Under the pieces are notes generated by a model. The model worked only from the letters and a program-made list of their open reading frames with translations. It searched no databases and was not told where the DNA came from. DNA of 64,000 nucleotides from Endomicrobiales bacterium (lineage in GTDB: Bacteria > Elusimicrobiota > Endomicrobiia > Endomicrobiales > JALOBY01): assembly GCA_963796955.1 (NCBI GenBank), contig CAWCNJ010000007.1:32001-96000 (forward strand), in the 5' to 3' direction. The position numbers and the translations under genes are program-made. Below are positions 27,701 to 32,740 of this stretch, piece after piece. How positions within the stretch are numbered: position 1 is the stretch's first letter; every line of letters starts with the position of its first letter.

Positions 27701-30483
27701 CGCCGAAGTCAATTGCAGTTGTAGCCACCCTGTTCGGTATAAAGAATGTTAACTCAGTGGCAGCCGTAGTAGAGGGATTGAAAGCACGGGGTGTCGATCT
27801 GGACCTTATTGATCTGTCTCAATTAAATTCATATCTTGATGGTGAGACACCGTCCCTGGACTTTGTTTCCAGACAGGCGGACGGCACTATAAACGGCTCT
27901 GTCGCTCAGCTGATAAATTCCCTGCTGGATATGATTTACGGCACGTTCCGTCTGCCGGTAAGCCTTAAGAACAAGCTGTTCATAGGCGGGGGAATTATAG
28001 GTAAGGGCGGTAACTACGACCTTCATGTAGTTACTAACTCCCTTAAGGATATTCGCGACGAAGCTCTAAGCCCGAGGGTGAAAGCCGCCATAGCGAAGGA
28101 TCCGGAAGCAACGAAAGACCGTACGGCTCTTTGGGCGCGGGAACGGAAGAATTATCAGTTCACGGTAGCCGATATCGCCAATGCCGCCGCGCAAAACCGG
28201 GTGCCGCCCGAAATCATACTTTCCATCTTGAATATTTCGCTTACGCCGCAGGAACGGCAACTTGCTGTTAAAAACATTAAAGCTGTACAAAGATTGCCGG
28301 AAGGTATTGAGTTCGCGAACACTCTGACGCTGGCTGAGATCACCGATCCGAAATTTACTGATGTGTCGGCTCAAAAGACGCTTCTTGCCCGCAAGCATAT
28401 TCAGCAGCTGCCGGACGGCACCTTTACGGGCTCCCTGGTCGCGGCTCTTGACGGTTATATCGGGAATGGTTCTCAGCAGTTGAGCATAAGCCCTGCAGTA
28501 ATTACAAGATTGATAGCCGAGTATCTTGCCTCAAGCCAGGAAGCATTTGCCGGTAAGCAGACCATAATTAATTTTGTGATGTCCCGGCTTGGTGCCTTAG
28601 ATAAGCCTGCAGCAGCGACCGCCCTTACGCCGGCTCAGCGCAGCATGTCAAAGGCCCGCATAAATGCACTGGGTGAATTCACTGACGGTATAAGCAGTAT
28701 CGATGAAGCTGTTGCCTTGGCTAAGCCAGCCATGCCCATGGCCGCGATAAAACCTGTTACCGTAGACCTGAAGCATGTGCTTACCAAGAGTCGCGAGCTT
28801 GCGCCCCTGTATAAGGCGGCGATCACCGCGCAAACAAGGTACAATGCTGTCGTTGGTGATAAGCCGGTAACGCCTGAACAGATAAGTAAAGCTAAAGCCG
28901 AATGGGAAGCCGCTGAGAAGGCGAAAGATCCGAAAGCAGATAGCCTGAAGGCGGAATTCAAGAACTTGGAACTTACATTTACCACACAACAAGCGGTTAA
29001 TACGGAATATAAGAATGCCGTTGATGCCTATTACGCCGCGAGGAATAAGTACCAGAACGCGACCGAAGCGCCGGCCATCGATGTTGCTGCGGCACCGGCT
29101 CCCACGGTGGCGGAGCCGGCTGTGACTCCTGTAGTGGCCGCATCACGCGTACCTTCCGCCAAGCTTAAAGCTTCCATTGAAGATCAAATGGCTGCCAGAT
29201 CCAATAAAGCTCCGAAAGCGAAAGTCGCGACAGCTGAAAAGCCTTCCGTAGCGCCGGTCCAAGCCGTTGCCGCAGCAGCTCCCTCTGCCGCCCAGGCTAT
29301 AACCCGCACTGTCGCTGCCTCCGGATTGACGGCCACAGTGGCACAACAACTTGCAGCCAAATCTAAGTCTGCCGACAAAGCTGCACCGGCGCCGGTCATC
29401 CTTGCTTCGAACAGGCATGCTGCCGCCCCTGTCGCTCAGGCGGAACCACCGGTCACTTCAGCATCCCCGGCGTTATTGCCCGCGTCTGAGGCGTCGCCGT
29501 TAACAGCCACTATCGCCGAGCAACTGTCGGCAAAGGCTCCCCAGAAAGGTTTGATCACAACAAAAGGAAGATCTGCAAAGAAGTCCCAGTCAGAACTTGC
29601 CGTTCATAATCTTGGGCTTGAAGCTGAGCGTGTGATGGTTGGTCCTCTGCCTGGTATTCCCGATCTGACCGGCCTTGCCACCGTTGCGGCGAAAGAAATT
29701 GAAACGCGGGCAGGGCGTCTCTTGGAAGACCGCGTGAATAAGGCCGTTGTTGACCGGCTTGTAAAACATGTTGAAGAATTGGTTACCGCTAAAAACGGTA
29801 TTGCCGGCGAACCGTTCACCGATCCCGCCGTTGGCACAGGGTATTCGTTCCCTAAGAACGACAAGTGGGAAATGTTCGCTTTTGATATGACAATGCTTGC
29901 GGGAGGCGAAGACAATGTTCCCGCGAAGATCGAATCAATTGTGAGCAAGCACGCTCTTGCGGAAAAGTTATTATTCGCGTTTGGCGAAAATGATGAAAAG
30001 AATTCTATAAGCGCTCATTTTGCTACAAGATCTTTAACGGTCGGCGAAGCAACACACACCTATCTGATCATAGTTCGTGAGTCAGTTGACCCCATCGGTC
30101 CGGCAAATTACGAAGCGGTTGCAAAGATCCAGGAAAAACTGTGGTCCGGAAAAGTAATCGATACTAAATTCGGCAACTCTCCTTTCTGGATGGCGAACTA
30201 TGGAGTGTTGAAAGACGGGCGCGTCGTTCTGGTAAATCCGGATGTTCTTGCACAGATCGATCCTGTCGCCAACGGCCAGGGGAATGTCCCGCTGCCCAGC
30301 CTGATACCGATGAACCCGGAAATAGCCGGTTTGGCGCAAGGTCCCAACTACAATGTTTTCGGTCGCGGCGACATGCACCGTGATCCGCTTGGTGATGCGG
30401 CCAGAAGAGCCGCGAAATACTTTACCGGCGACCAGGGTTCAGATAAGAACAATCTGAACAGGATGTTCAAACTTGCCGCATAA
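9724..30483 (+). CDS. Giant protein, part 2: C39 peptidase, hydrophobic segments, beta and Pro-rich repeats, SecA-like ATPase, helical duplication, possible pseudokinase
   Basis: 6919-aa ORF whose frame is open from 9631, with no convincing RBS before GTG 9724. C39 triad at 9961/10243/10291. SecA-like motifs TAGGKT, DELD, GFSGT, GRG, QGLGR. Confidence 0.88.
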   Translation: MVHAASSDSTTVVTYITNKLAEFLTDTPAQQAAFLASLGLDMTTLMSLGLSLDQIAAYIATNSQSIIAYLTSQGSQIFNCAVDSLGNLIGAGTDKNGLAENIILVDIMTGSLSVQASQGLNDPIQFSALAIQQTAALYGIKLTGFSTDITGLTQAAAGGKPVVVQVTNSSGQGHFVVVTSITNGIVTYKDNDGTVKTMKVADFQNVWSGVILSQDQIAGDNVSRLSLLQTQQIMGASGNPITYVVRGLNAAGSYVVHTVTHAIAHPLDTIKTVQADISKVQDDIVAVAKKTWDIAGKVWTGITSKSTYQAIGTWIKHAADTIHHGTVETFKATWKLTKAIGNFFAAFGDLFTGDWSGFKSRMGGAWTNLTQSVGQVLSGAAEIVVGSIAITSIVAPLAVGIARACGSNWMNNNWNGIVKYGKGVVIVVAAIIIIYFTGGAGATVFGSTMLASACAATAVAVAVSVSAQMAFNHGNINYNQLGKTAVIAFASSIAMAGAGTLGQASTFWGQVAVSAARGAVIAGVTNIGSQLITTGHINWTKVALAVGIGAAQGAANGAMNYEVRISPSLQASSWYTAAWEGAVRGAVNSFISDMITEGIYDRKLHGYRILRDMGEGGVKGGVEGSLQGADDGKGGRTGGLFSKLNQSSDVAGKIFAGTFSGFATGTADYFAKCLIEWQAPDANGIKGAMMGGMFNGLISTALATRTYVPGGAPQPGSAYGIDGWLNGDNTLGFVVGTVLNTAGSFLASYISGAAVFYSTAGARGSYNDYLRGTDDGATGNRFEVMMAGSVEQALTSSIAESFARFDEAHVKYFEGKSLADHVNNLVGDETYKDPKTGTIYHSDAYIDFDARSGSFFIIAGHVDYKTPSGSVVTATYEDGGIVKAGDDTFNDYTALGNRYCGFALVPTTSDDQRVILLSGPIDAPTFVNGYDTPTYRLGLSANGKLSDLLTFNGSNGWSVDLQVNERSAQSPIPGKIFVTRAEDGSFNVFSLDPETGNPVDAGTISEDQLKESHGRVKLAGRLDGTAAEAVTTDLLGHTITRQDKFDAGDIIIHITPDAAGGGFVASFKGEVENAKIKGDYVHVTYGGGKFYALDGDAAEVGIANADNNLDLKGQGDGAIARVRGARRPVTTTDEGTDDLAAALDEILPGDGPATDGNTGESGGHIRATIRKSATPSAPAPDAGTPDGQPQPAPEATPSAPVPPVVRTDGVLALANTQGSTGIDPVSDLLDQLFPTPVTEGGPVNDQPPVTKNDANAPFEPLPGENTGDGSGAPTIVPHALRQVTPARSATADEDQPPVPPAETNPGAVPPAVENGGVLALGSPTSNLDAANIVDQLLTLAPAADTLPDQPPAAKDDTPPSAETLPGDKPGNGDSGPLTPHVLRQAPPAPTATTGEPPQPIVPDQPFVDGPIPDSVKTDGVMAFGNPGGNGDLLSYVEDQVVTTPPVSGGPAPVADTAEDQPPKDKDVVPPSAGPLPGDNAGAGESGPITAHAFKQTTPMRTPDAGEPPQLVLPDETLFGPDVPDTVKTDGVLGVGNPGGNGGLISYVEDAVVTPPVSAGPAPVSDAPEEPPTPPEAAPRAPEQLAMGPAGVLPPVGTQPSGLNTAPPPIAGSGSDEELMNAAVDDHSDTFTDETLTHADVRLKVTRGSDGTISVSYVGLVNASIDGVPQTIYYGPTGMAYAFDNPTLAGAAANGGRLVLKNQAPGMGVHHVGPLDDNGNADTSDDTLTGGDLVLRVSANNDGTFGVRFGGVENARIGGSDQTLCFRPDGAAFSLDNSFLEKYHGSSITLNDQATGFGVRTANGDKTLTGGDMVLRLSGSGPDGFNVRFAGFDGAEIDGVAFKTCQMTNGSYYAFNNTSMADAFDNNKGMLVLKDDGKGFGVEKVGALVNGKAVATSETLTAGDSAFKVTKNYDGTFDVRFATIQNAKIGDVSETLAFGRPDGVVYALNDDLLQEVIPHGKDHGNLVIADQGKGFAVQLAGPVGADGRSTVTSGKLSGGDAVLTISIAADGVYGVRFTDIINADVNGVDQKIYFGPDGTAYGLDRSVVAAAEQKHDGILILAGQANGLSVKNVGPANGKGEAGVTDEKLTGGDLVLYVGDKSFDTCDVRLAGVQNGDLDGEHVNIMFKPDGTAYAFDTAAILASKQHDGILMLAGEAAGFKVREVGAVVDGHASFSTDLLTSGDLGVKVSFDPKGGEPEVRLAGIITNAEIATKIQTDIKQTIIFANDGTAYAFTDAALAEAKANRDSAAFNNLPAVVMLRQMGILGDNTNAHFGITIDGGASDYAVQIVGKSGMTKSSLLGGDMVLEIAEKNDSYAAQVSGINNALTQDHTSVKVFLFGNNAYALLPELDLPDAKNVMVDSQGNLVVMSQDQAGKASAVLIDHEGNQTAIKDVYADNAWITTGLKAAGIGEDVNGLMLIYKAVRGKDGAPDKWVSMFVHPVGDGYFAELQKYTCNDGSVIFESQGKSRSLYKVNTSADGTQSLGFILSGSYSSTSEGDTVRKQFDVNAKDGSVTSDLYVQRGAAGLSDDVFKDKYGTILNEVKIKGILKSDSEGFIAKTVSGYGLEFKGDDVVGAFTGDLDVKNGKSKIHYSFGSDGMYLGSVVTTTRAIPGTAAYYVTTVTYDYDDKKSAPVSVLKGNMGITGIYTDPTGKQYISGTLVIDKETGRIDVANGVGRRTEQGILVEFTTDKNGRERVVRTYGPTGIDTDVRAQNSYTTYANGRSYDHTQNASGFGNFTTPDGSVYTSGNVIVVNGELRVGDGDCTSFMGKGSLALTGKSDSQGNASYSWISGTYHGKALNTELVPLSGGGYQIFDATIFNGDWFSSVDGMTDIDFTMVGLKQVTVGTKENAKQVWMFEVGIIGKQDQDFNGVNMPRQGVAGGNTIAPVPSGEESEFGLQRELLVTTGDYNRFTKSATINITATSGNVAFKADIPVDSAQDGHIKSLTFSGFEEGTRVRMGKGGLQYETQYAGQGLLASGYRDITEGTYIDIHIPGSLDANMAYTIGTVNDHFTLTAMSNPNGTGKSLGDITVLDRTFVDGKITSYVSSSSSDDVFYGEYTVGTVRVDLKSAGFASTNISPFTAAGGHLLGAVANGVGAVWNGLLAAWYTYKSDSVSAKQAEEMSSLMGAAAIGDAVGFINSLGKIGESIGDSAAILAQAFNSWTSNWSNWYEGDNAAEVKAYHMSQLRNDGIISTVVGLSIGLKDAAKGFSYALVGGIASKFGSGWGVETLAEGQLLFRESSVVEGAIKGATVGWGVVTNVSSRVWGGVLFLGGMLNMAYAEYDNFKRALKVSIYNALMNGTFAFNMDVDLNDENAQAGHDWITEGTNRIYGEKNLSDDSFALRSSARLWVSTAFVAVLVTGAIMAIEAVATAATSAVTSTGSMIKAGSSLLNAGRIVLSDALTGAYTNAIVDTGLRIVKGEDVTVGTIVSAFVSGAILAGGMSLGGRLAGFVANNVKFGVQAATQTLAEGAAVYAKSGGLFASIGEQSLVKAGSITEIGAILTARVFNSLSIWVAGAIGKLGALAAKGEKFVTAEAIWGMAKSAPLFTSIEIVAGIGYRTLFKGMSYDSALADLGGYNGIATKFLTQPLEFAAMGITLGFMMQVFQASNLVTRAFFGNRTFGPALELFSTRHTFGNLFDSISVLFGTKTAAEISEMMLQNLAKEGGAGIAFIGHAESAAFTAASLWLGEQAGYIVGRQLGLKGRDLEKFASDVAFYSLMFIPKSTADPSYAVHEVLSRRVIDAAGRSEEGIQGLQVALALAPDAAAARDVLRRYDPTLNKDSLTPELVDHLQTKLSETSARDIIVLGSVDAAGAQAKANEVLLAKDGTKVDGYVVTEALKRAAIDLTIEGARESVSAEIAGMGLHTGDPERAIDECLERLGSIVQDKSNPIRSLAAIAIGREWSDLKTAVGRLDMLAGTNLDMAAKIRELYQEWTTSLLTGEPLENNADLAQLVSEVFKLASEKTRIALTAKIDKATDPKVVRDLTQQLNNLTEAEKSTDFASQLAVFHTDMFLVADRVVDFDRKPLIDRIVDNAKDWKRQSDSDRLKALSNYIESVYRESGVKLSQKQRTLVFELNDKLKRGEDLTEADLQDIAACESLRPEKAGGAKWGDSTPKQRVESLVKYLDDAMPLNIEQRARIDALIKKGGSLTELERAEVLDLESRRAAEMLGIILGDRIREVGTKNFTAEQKTRLSELMRKSGESGLTAEELYEYKRLETLMEYNLPSGFGTAAVTLGDFYEGQYDAFASIFKAMINGEKMEGDTLSRYAHQLRTAGGKTVIGLFTEMLLATSKTATNKCIGWLTNTDANARDLGAHSRIIFGNSLGRVLVLDGVTLERMKNNGTLRTELEKADIIITTYNSMSSLYSSSMAKLISYADTDAKGKEIAEHNIALLKTAEPPILTSKDANGKIQLANAADSRRAIEWLAKNGGLGLGETDLPLTRLGDLIADELDYLGTIPMSALASSTGKYYTTARPVEYYAELMRIKETNRSLSDDLVRTLLEKFADMGLSEQMLRIDFGAPETLKGKMEFYETLSGEVERATTKAKGEDGKVTDRSVLSDADINSLVDRLSDRAKELGLDVAEVRKMVVTQIDNLCKDSYVRNFLAPKLLDLAMRTQAPDKGMSTIKGNRSAETNPVDKDPRDPRAMGQDRRMGGILVDGKLVETVDPATKPDTETPKAETKGHIAPDKLKGEIDALVDQVLSKFGNLFNEREIREQISGGMSAAEMFLKTGMEYDPKTGKYKKREGGARVGEGSYTVQGEGDSRRIIITNDGKGVENLTLPGMAVLEALEHITNLTRPTKETFVSNSVEAMNAWGNIVGFSGTYSDSIKGLLKTMEFTEGGAAPTGVKVGIYSVLTTTQEAIAKVITEAVKTVERSGRASINLILTSGSHATDLMVEELRKNGVAEDDIVSLTLTNINQQLYKYGQKIEAMREAIRFAATDEARVVAERSYNAYIKGSELTDTDITKITSQANIADISLDEKTSLLTKVLSGETKTGSAKYVIGDAYLLGRGWSVGRMGDAANNLKDSFFKSYTPENADLQLSQFGEKMREMRSAIENATTPKEKDAAETAYKSFVKAAKLTDVEIATIDAPESITKLSDADKKDLLVKLLKTDLVQATMWLVNVDKFTATQLEQGLGRFDHYGDSRFDREFFNKEIVQITSVESARESVTLREAAKTNRGWNIDLIINNMKDVMTANEKASLEKAGQKVLTSASTEKADSKPVSPIEALGRLPESERKTVKDGLDTTPGMTYHAGGVAWLTAKGQTYISNVAALRNGAVPSGSQVVLSPMNTALVAFFGAADILGFEQVSVIKGLELTDNTPMAVSIALYLAKSGLSLSAIVDIGIALPVLNTGGVTIASADIKAALAYRYPPDVTQIMAHYGVALPPAAVYKLLQPNAGKLPAPVKKQIAVIEKAIAVTEKLKDSGSDNVLKKLYRGLFTARPINVLKKQQKMSFAEIIELAQETTGAGGKTPAIAEVIQSPDFALLAALLGVSDACKVTGVLQSLNNLGLSGQFNVLKPAEIMAYLAGHITSTDLISKLSLGKPKSLPIRMINSLVERLHLLAAYGSSLLGVDLNATPVDILNRPVNLRIGDAAKYLKEIQGQSVQQATQAELMKGLGAIGQGPDAMAKLQQVQADAAAAAQKNFSFTMADIIAVAEKNGLSDEQVLSIVNISFSKEDRAKVLSFYKSAQYIPGYGPQFAATLTLAQLSDPQFDMDKAYKPFGDSYVQVHKKENGEFGGSLVGALDNFIGNGKGTGAAHTGKSADQLIKEFLETPAGYAAKATLLDYLRSKGMQIAAAALTSGLTGSTVLNPHVEAALKQLDIVGQVISDAVDPNDKEKAAKPKAPGKPISENVKQMIVQLQDIIQLAASYGINDLSPEDILDVLKAAYPAGVAEKFQQNGLSLPPAPVLSLLRLMGARSTGLKGNLPTIIAKYDEAIAAVTKEVEPPSTTARAIKAIRKGQNISVQELLTMATTLASGKDAANASAAPKSIAVVATLFGIKNVNSVAAVVEGLKARGVDLDLIDLSQLNSYLDGETPSLDFVSRQADGTINGSVAQLINSLLDMIYGTFRLPVSLKNKLFIGGGIIGKGGNYDLHVVTNSLKDIRDEALSPRVKAAIAKDPEATKDRTALWARERKNYQFTVADIANAAAQNRVPPEIILSILNISLTPQERQLAVKNIKAVQRLPEGIEFANTLTLAEITDPKFTDVSAQKTLLARKHIQQLPDGTFTGSLVAALDGYIGNGSQQLSISPAVITRLIAEYLASSQEAFAGKQTIINFVMSRLGALDKPAAATALTPAQRSMSKARINALGEFTDGISSIDEAVALAKPAMPMAAIKPVTVDLKHVLTKSRELAPLYKAAITAQTRYNAVVGDKPVTPEQISKAKAEWEAAEKAKDPKADSLKAEFKNLELTFTTQQAVNTEYKNAVDAYYAARNKYQNATEAPAIDVAAAPAPTVAEPAVTPVVAASRVPSAKLKASIEDQMAARSNKAPKAKVATAEKPSVAPVQAVAAAAPSAAQAITRTVAASGLTATVAQQLAAKSKSADKAAPAPVILASNRHAAAPVAQAEPPVTSASPALLPASEASPLTATIAEQLSAKAPQKGLITTKGRSAKKSQSELAVHNLGLEAERVMVGPLPGIPDLTGLATVAAKEIETRAGRLLEDRVNKAVVDRLVKHVEELVTAKNGIAGEPFTDPAVGTGYSFPKNDKWEMFAFDMTMLAGGEDNVPAKIESIVSKHALAEKLLFAFGENDEKNSISAHFATRSLTVGEATHTYLIIVRESVDPIGPANYEAVAKIQEKLWSGKVIDTKFGNSPFWMANYGVLKDGRVVLVNPDVLAQIDPVANGQGNVPLPSLIPMNPEIAGLAQGPNYNVFGRGDMHRDPLGDAARRAAKYFTGDQGSDKNNLNRMFKLAA
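13150..14570 (+). repeat. Pro/Asp-rich tandem protein repeats (~105 aa, about 4 copies)
   Basis: (D/G)GV(L/M)x(L/F/V)(G/A) cores at 13345, 13666, 13975 and 14308; recurring DQPP and LPG(D/E) motifs. Confidence 0.8.
14617..16770 (+). repeat. Beta-rich protein repeats (~80-120 aa, 8 copies here plus one at 12847)
   Basis: LTGGD-type motif units start at 14617, 14893, 15133, 15409, 15697, 15976, 16249 and 16609, followed by VRF..NA.I.G...F.PDG.AYA-like sequence. Confidence 0.8.
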
Positions 30484-30505
30484 GCTTCACTATTCTCAAT
30501 AATAT

Positions 30506-30551
30506 AAAAAGACCCTGCATCGCGTCCCCCACGCTGCATGGGTCTTTTTTT
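30506..30551 (+). terminator. Rho-independent terminator after the giant gene
   Basis: AAAAAGACCCTGCA...TGCATGGGTC stem followed by a T-run. Confidence 0.8.
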
Positions 30552-30560
30552 GTCTTATTA

Positions 30561-30589
30561 TTGAATTCTTTCTGAAAATTCAGTATAAT
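30561..30589 (+). promoter_or_regulatory. Sigma70-type promoter for tRNA-Thr
   Basis: TTGAAT-17 nt-TATAAT, 17 nt upstream of the tRNA. Confidence 0.75.
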
Positions 30590-30606
30590 CACGCATATGC
30601 ATTTGT

Positions 30607-30678
30607 GCCGGCGTAGCTCAGCGGTAGAGCAATCGCTTCGTAAGCGATGGGTCGGAGGTTCAATCCCTCTCGCCGGCT
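30607..30678 (+). tRNA. tRNA-Thr (anticodon CGT)
   Basis: Full cloverleaf: acceptor GCCGGCG/CGCCGGC, D-arm GCTC/GAGC, anticodon stem ATCGC/GCGAT with loop TTCGTAA, T-loop TTCAATC. CCA not encoded. Confidence 0.97.
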
Positions 30679-30750
30679 ATTTAACTTCAGGCAATTGGCA
30701 ATGGGCGATGGGCAATAGTAATGCCTCTACCCGGTATCTTTAGGATGATC

Positions 30751-31740
30751 ATGAAACGATTTATGCTTGCGTTGTTGCTGCTTGCCCCTCAATGTGCGTT
30801 CGCTGCGACCCCCGGTACTACTATCTTTGATTTCCTTAAACTGCAACCGTCCACGCGCTCCGCGGGGGCCGGCCAGACCGACGGGCTGCTCGGCTATAAT
30901 TCTTCCCTGTCCAACCCCGCCATGATGTCGCGTCTGAAATATGAATCAATGTCCGCCAACTATATGGCTTTTTATTCTGATGCCGGTTACAGCTACAGCA
31001 CGCTCAGCTATATAAAGCCGGACAATGATTCCGCCTGGGGCCTGAACGCGGGCTACATGGGCGCTAACGGCATCATTAAAACGTTCTACGATCCAAATTC
31101 AATAGATAATTTTTCGACGAACGGGACTTTCAGCGCCTACGATCTGATGCTGGATTATGCCTACAGCAAAACGCTGAGCGAGACATTTTCTTACGGCGCC
31201 GACGTGCGCTTTGCGCGGGAAGATATTAACGCGTCAAGCTATAACGGCATCATGGCCGGCCTCAGCGGGTTCTATTATGCGCCCGACAGCAATATTCAGG
31301 TGGGTTTTGGCGTTCAAAATATCGGGCCCAGCGTCAGCGGTTATTCGCTGCCCGCCAACACCTTCCTTTCGCTGGGCGGCTATATCGATGTGAACCTGTT
31401 CTTTATACTGGAAGGTATTGCCTACAACGATCAAAACTCCGACATACGCGCCGGTTTTGAATATGCGTTCAACGATGTATTTTGCCTGCGCGGCGGCTAC
31501 GCTTCTCCTTTAACGGATCAGCAGCACGGCAGCGGCGCAGACAAGCTTACCGCGGGTTTTGGTATACGCATAGGGCCGTCGTACACATTCGATTACGCCT
31601 GGCTGCCCTACGGCGATCTGGGCACACAGCATCGCATCGGTGTTTCGTATGAATTCAACACGGAAAATCAGGATGAAAAAAAACGCAGGCGCCTGAACCC
31701 GGAATTTGAAAAGAAACTAAAGTCCGTCAGTGATTTTTAA
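30751..31740 (+). CDS. PorV/PorQ-like (UPF0164-type) outer-membrane beta-barrel protein
   Basis: Signal peptide (AFA); FLKLQPSTRSAGAG, NPA, LRGGY, FDYAWLPYGDLGTQHRIGVSY. Start placed at ATG 30751 after TAGGA. Confidence 0.8.
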   Translation: MKRFMLALLLLAPQCAFAATPGTTIFDFLKLQPSTRSAGAGQTDGLLGYNSSLSNPAMMSRLKYESMSANYMAFYSDAGYSYSTLSYIKPDNDSAWGLNAGYMGANGIIKTFYDPNSIDNFSTNGTFSAYDLMLDYAYSKTLSETFSYGADVRFAREDINASSYNGIMAGLSGFYYAPDSNIQVGFGVQNIGPSVSGYSLPANTFLSLGGYIDVNLFFILEGIAYNDQNSDIRAGFEYAFNDVFCLRGGYASPLTDQQHGSGADKLTAGFGIRIGPSYTFDYAWLPYGDLGTQHRIGVSYEFNTENQDEKKRRRLNPEFEKKLKSVSDF

Positions 31741-31742
31741 TA

Positions 31743-32732
31743 ATGTATTATACGGATAAGCTTCAACAGCTGGTAAAACTGTTCGGTACCACGGAGCTCT
31801 CCATCCAGCCGGATTCCCTTACCGTTAAGGGTGTAACATATCCGGTTATCGACGATGTCATAATTTTATCTACGGAAGCCGAATATACTCCTTTCACAAG
31901 AAAACGGCTGGCAGCCGGCCCTTCCACCGGCACGGCCGACATCGCCCTGGATATTCAGGCGACCTTCGGCGCGGAATGGCGAGAATATTCGGGGATATTA
32001 CCGGAACACCGTACAGAGTTCTCACAATATTTCGATATCGTGGATATGCCGGCCCTGAAAGATGCAACGGTGCTGGACGTGGGTTGCGGCAGCGGCAGGT
32101 GGAGTTATTTTCTTAAGGACGCATGCCGCCGGCTGGTGCTGACCGATTTTTCCGACGCGATATTTGTGGCTCGCGAAAACCTGCGCGGTAACACTGACGC
32201 GCTGTTTTTTATGTGCGACCTGCGCAAACTGCCTTTTGCGGATAACAGCGTAGATTTCTTGATGTGCCTGGGCGTGCTGCACCATCTGCCGGTGCCGTGC
32301 CTTGATGAGGTGCGAAAATTTAAACGTTTTGCGCCTAAAAATCTGATATTTTTGTATTATGCCCTGGATAACCGGCCTTTTTATTTCAGGGTTATTCTTT
32401 CGCTGGTCACCGTGGTGCGCACGCTGTTGAGCACGGTCACCGCGCCGCGGCTGCGCAGGGTACTGTCTGTGGCCGGCGCCGTGGGATTATATATGCCGCT
32501 GGTAACCCTTGGGCGGGCGGCCGACCTGGTGTCTCTTGGAAAATACGTGCCGTTATATGAATTTTACCGCGGAAAAAGTCTGGCCCGTATCGAACAGGAT
32601 GTGTACGACAGATTTTTTACCCGCATTGAACAGCGAGTCTCTAGAGAGGAAATACTGACGCTGGAAGATACGTATTCCCGCGTCACGGTTGCCGAAACAA
32701 TTCCATATTATCATTTTGTCTGTGAAAGGTGA
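31743..32732 (+). CDS. Class I SAM-dependent methyltransferase
   Basis: VLDVGCGSGRW, LPFADNSVD, CLGVLHHL; Trm112-like YPVIDDVIIL near the N-terminus. Confidence 0.85.
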   Translation: MYYTDKLQQLVKLFGTTELSIQPDSLTVKGVTYPVIDDVIILSTEAEYTPFTRKRLAAGPSTGTADIALDIQATFGAEWREYSGILPEHRTEFSQYFDIVDMPALKDATVLDVGCGSGRWSYFLKDACRRLVLTDFSDAIFVARENLRGNTDALFFMCDLRKLPFADNSVDFLMCLGVLHHLPVPCLDEVRKFKRFAPKNLIFLYYALDNRPFYFRVILSLVTVVRTLLSTVTAPRLRRVLSVAGAVGLYMPLVTLGRAADLVSLGKYVPLYEFYRGKSLARIEQDVYDRFFTRIEQRVSREEILTLEDTYSRVTVAETIPYYHFVCER

Positions 32733-32740
32733 GGGAAACA

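Noticed and set aside
30607..30678. tRNA as the integration site of a giant-gene island
   Set aside because: The giant gene lies 5' of the tRNA; I saw no duplicated tRNA end and no integrase.
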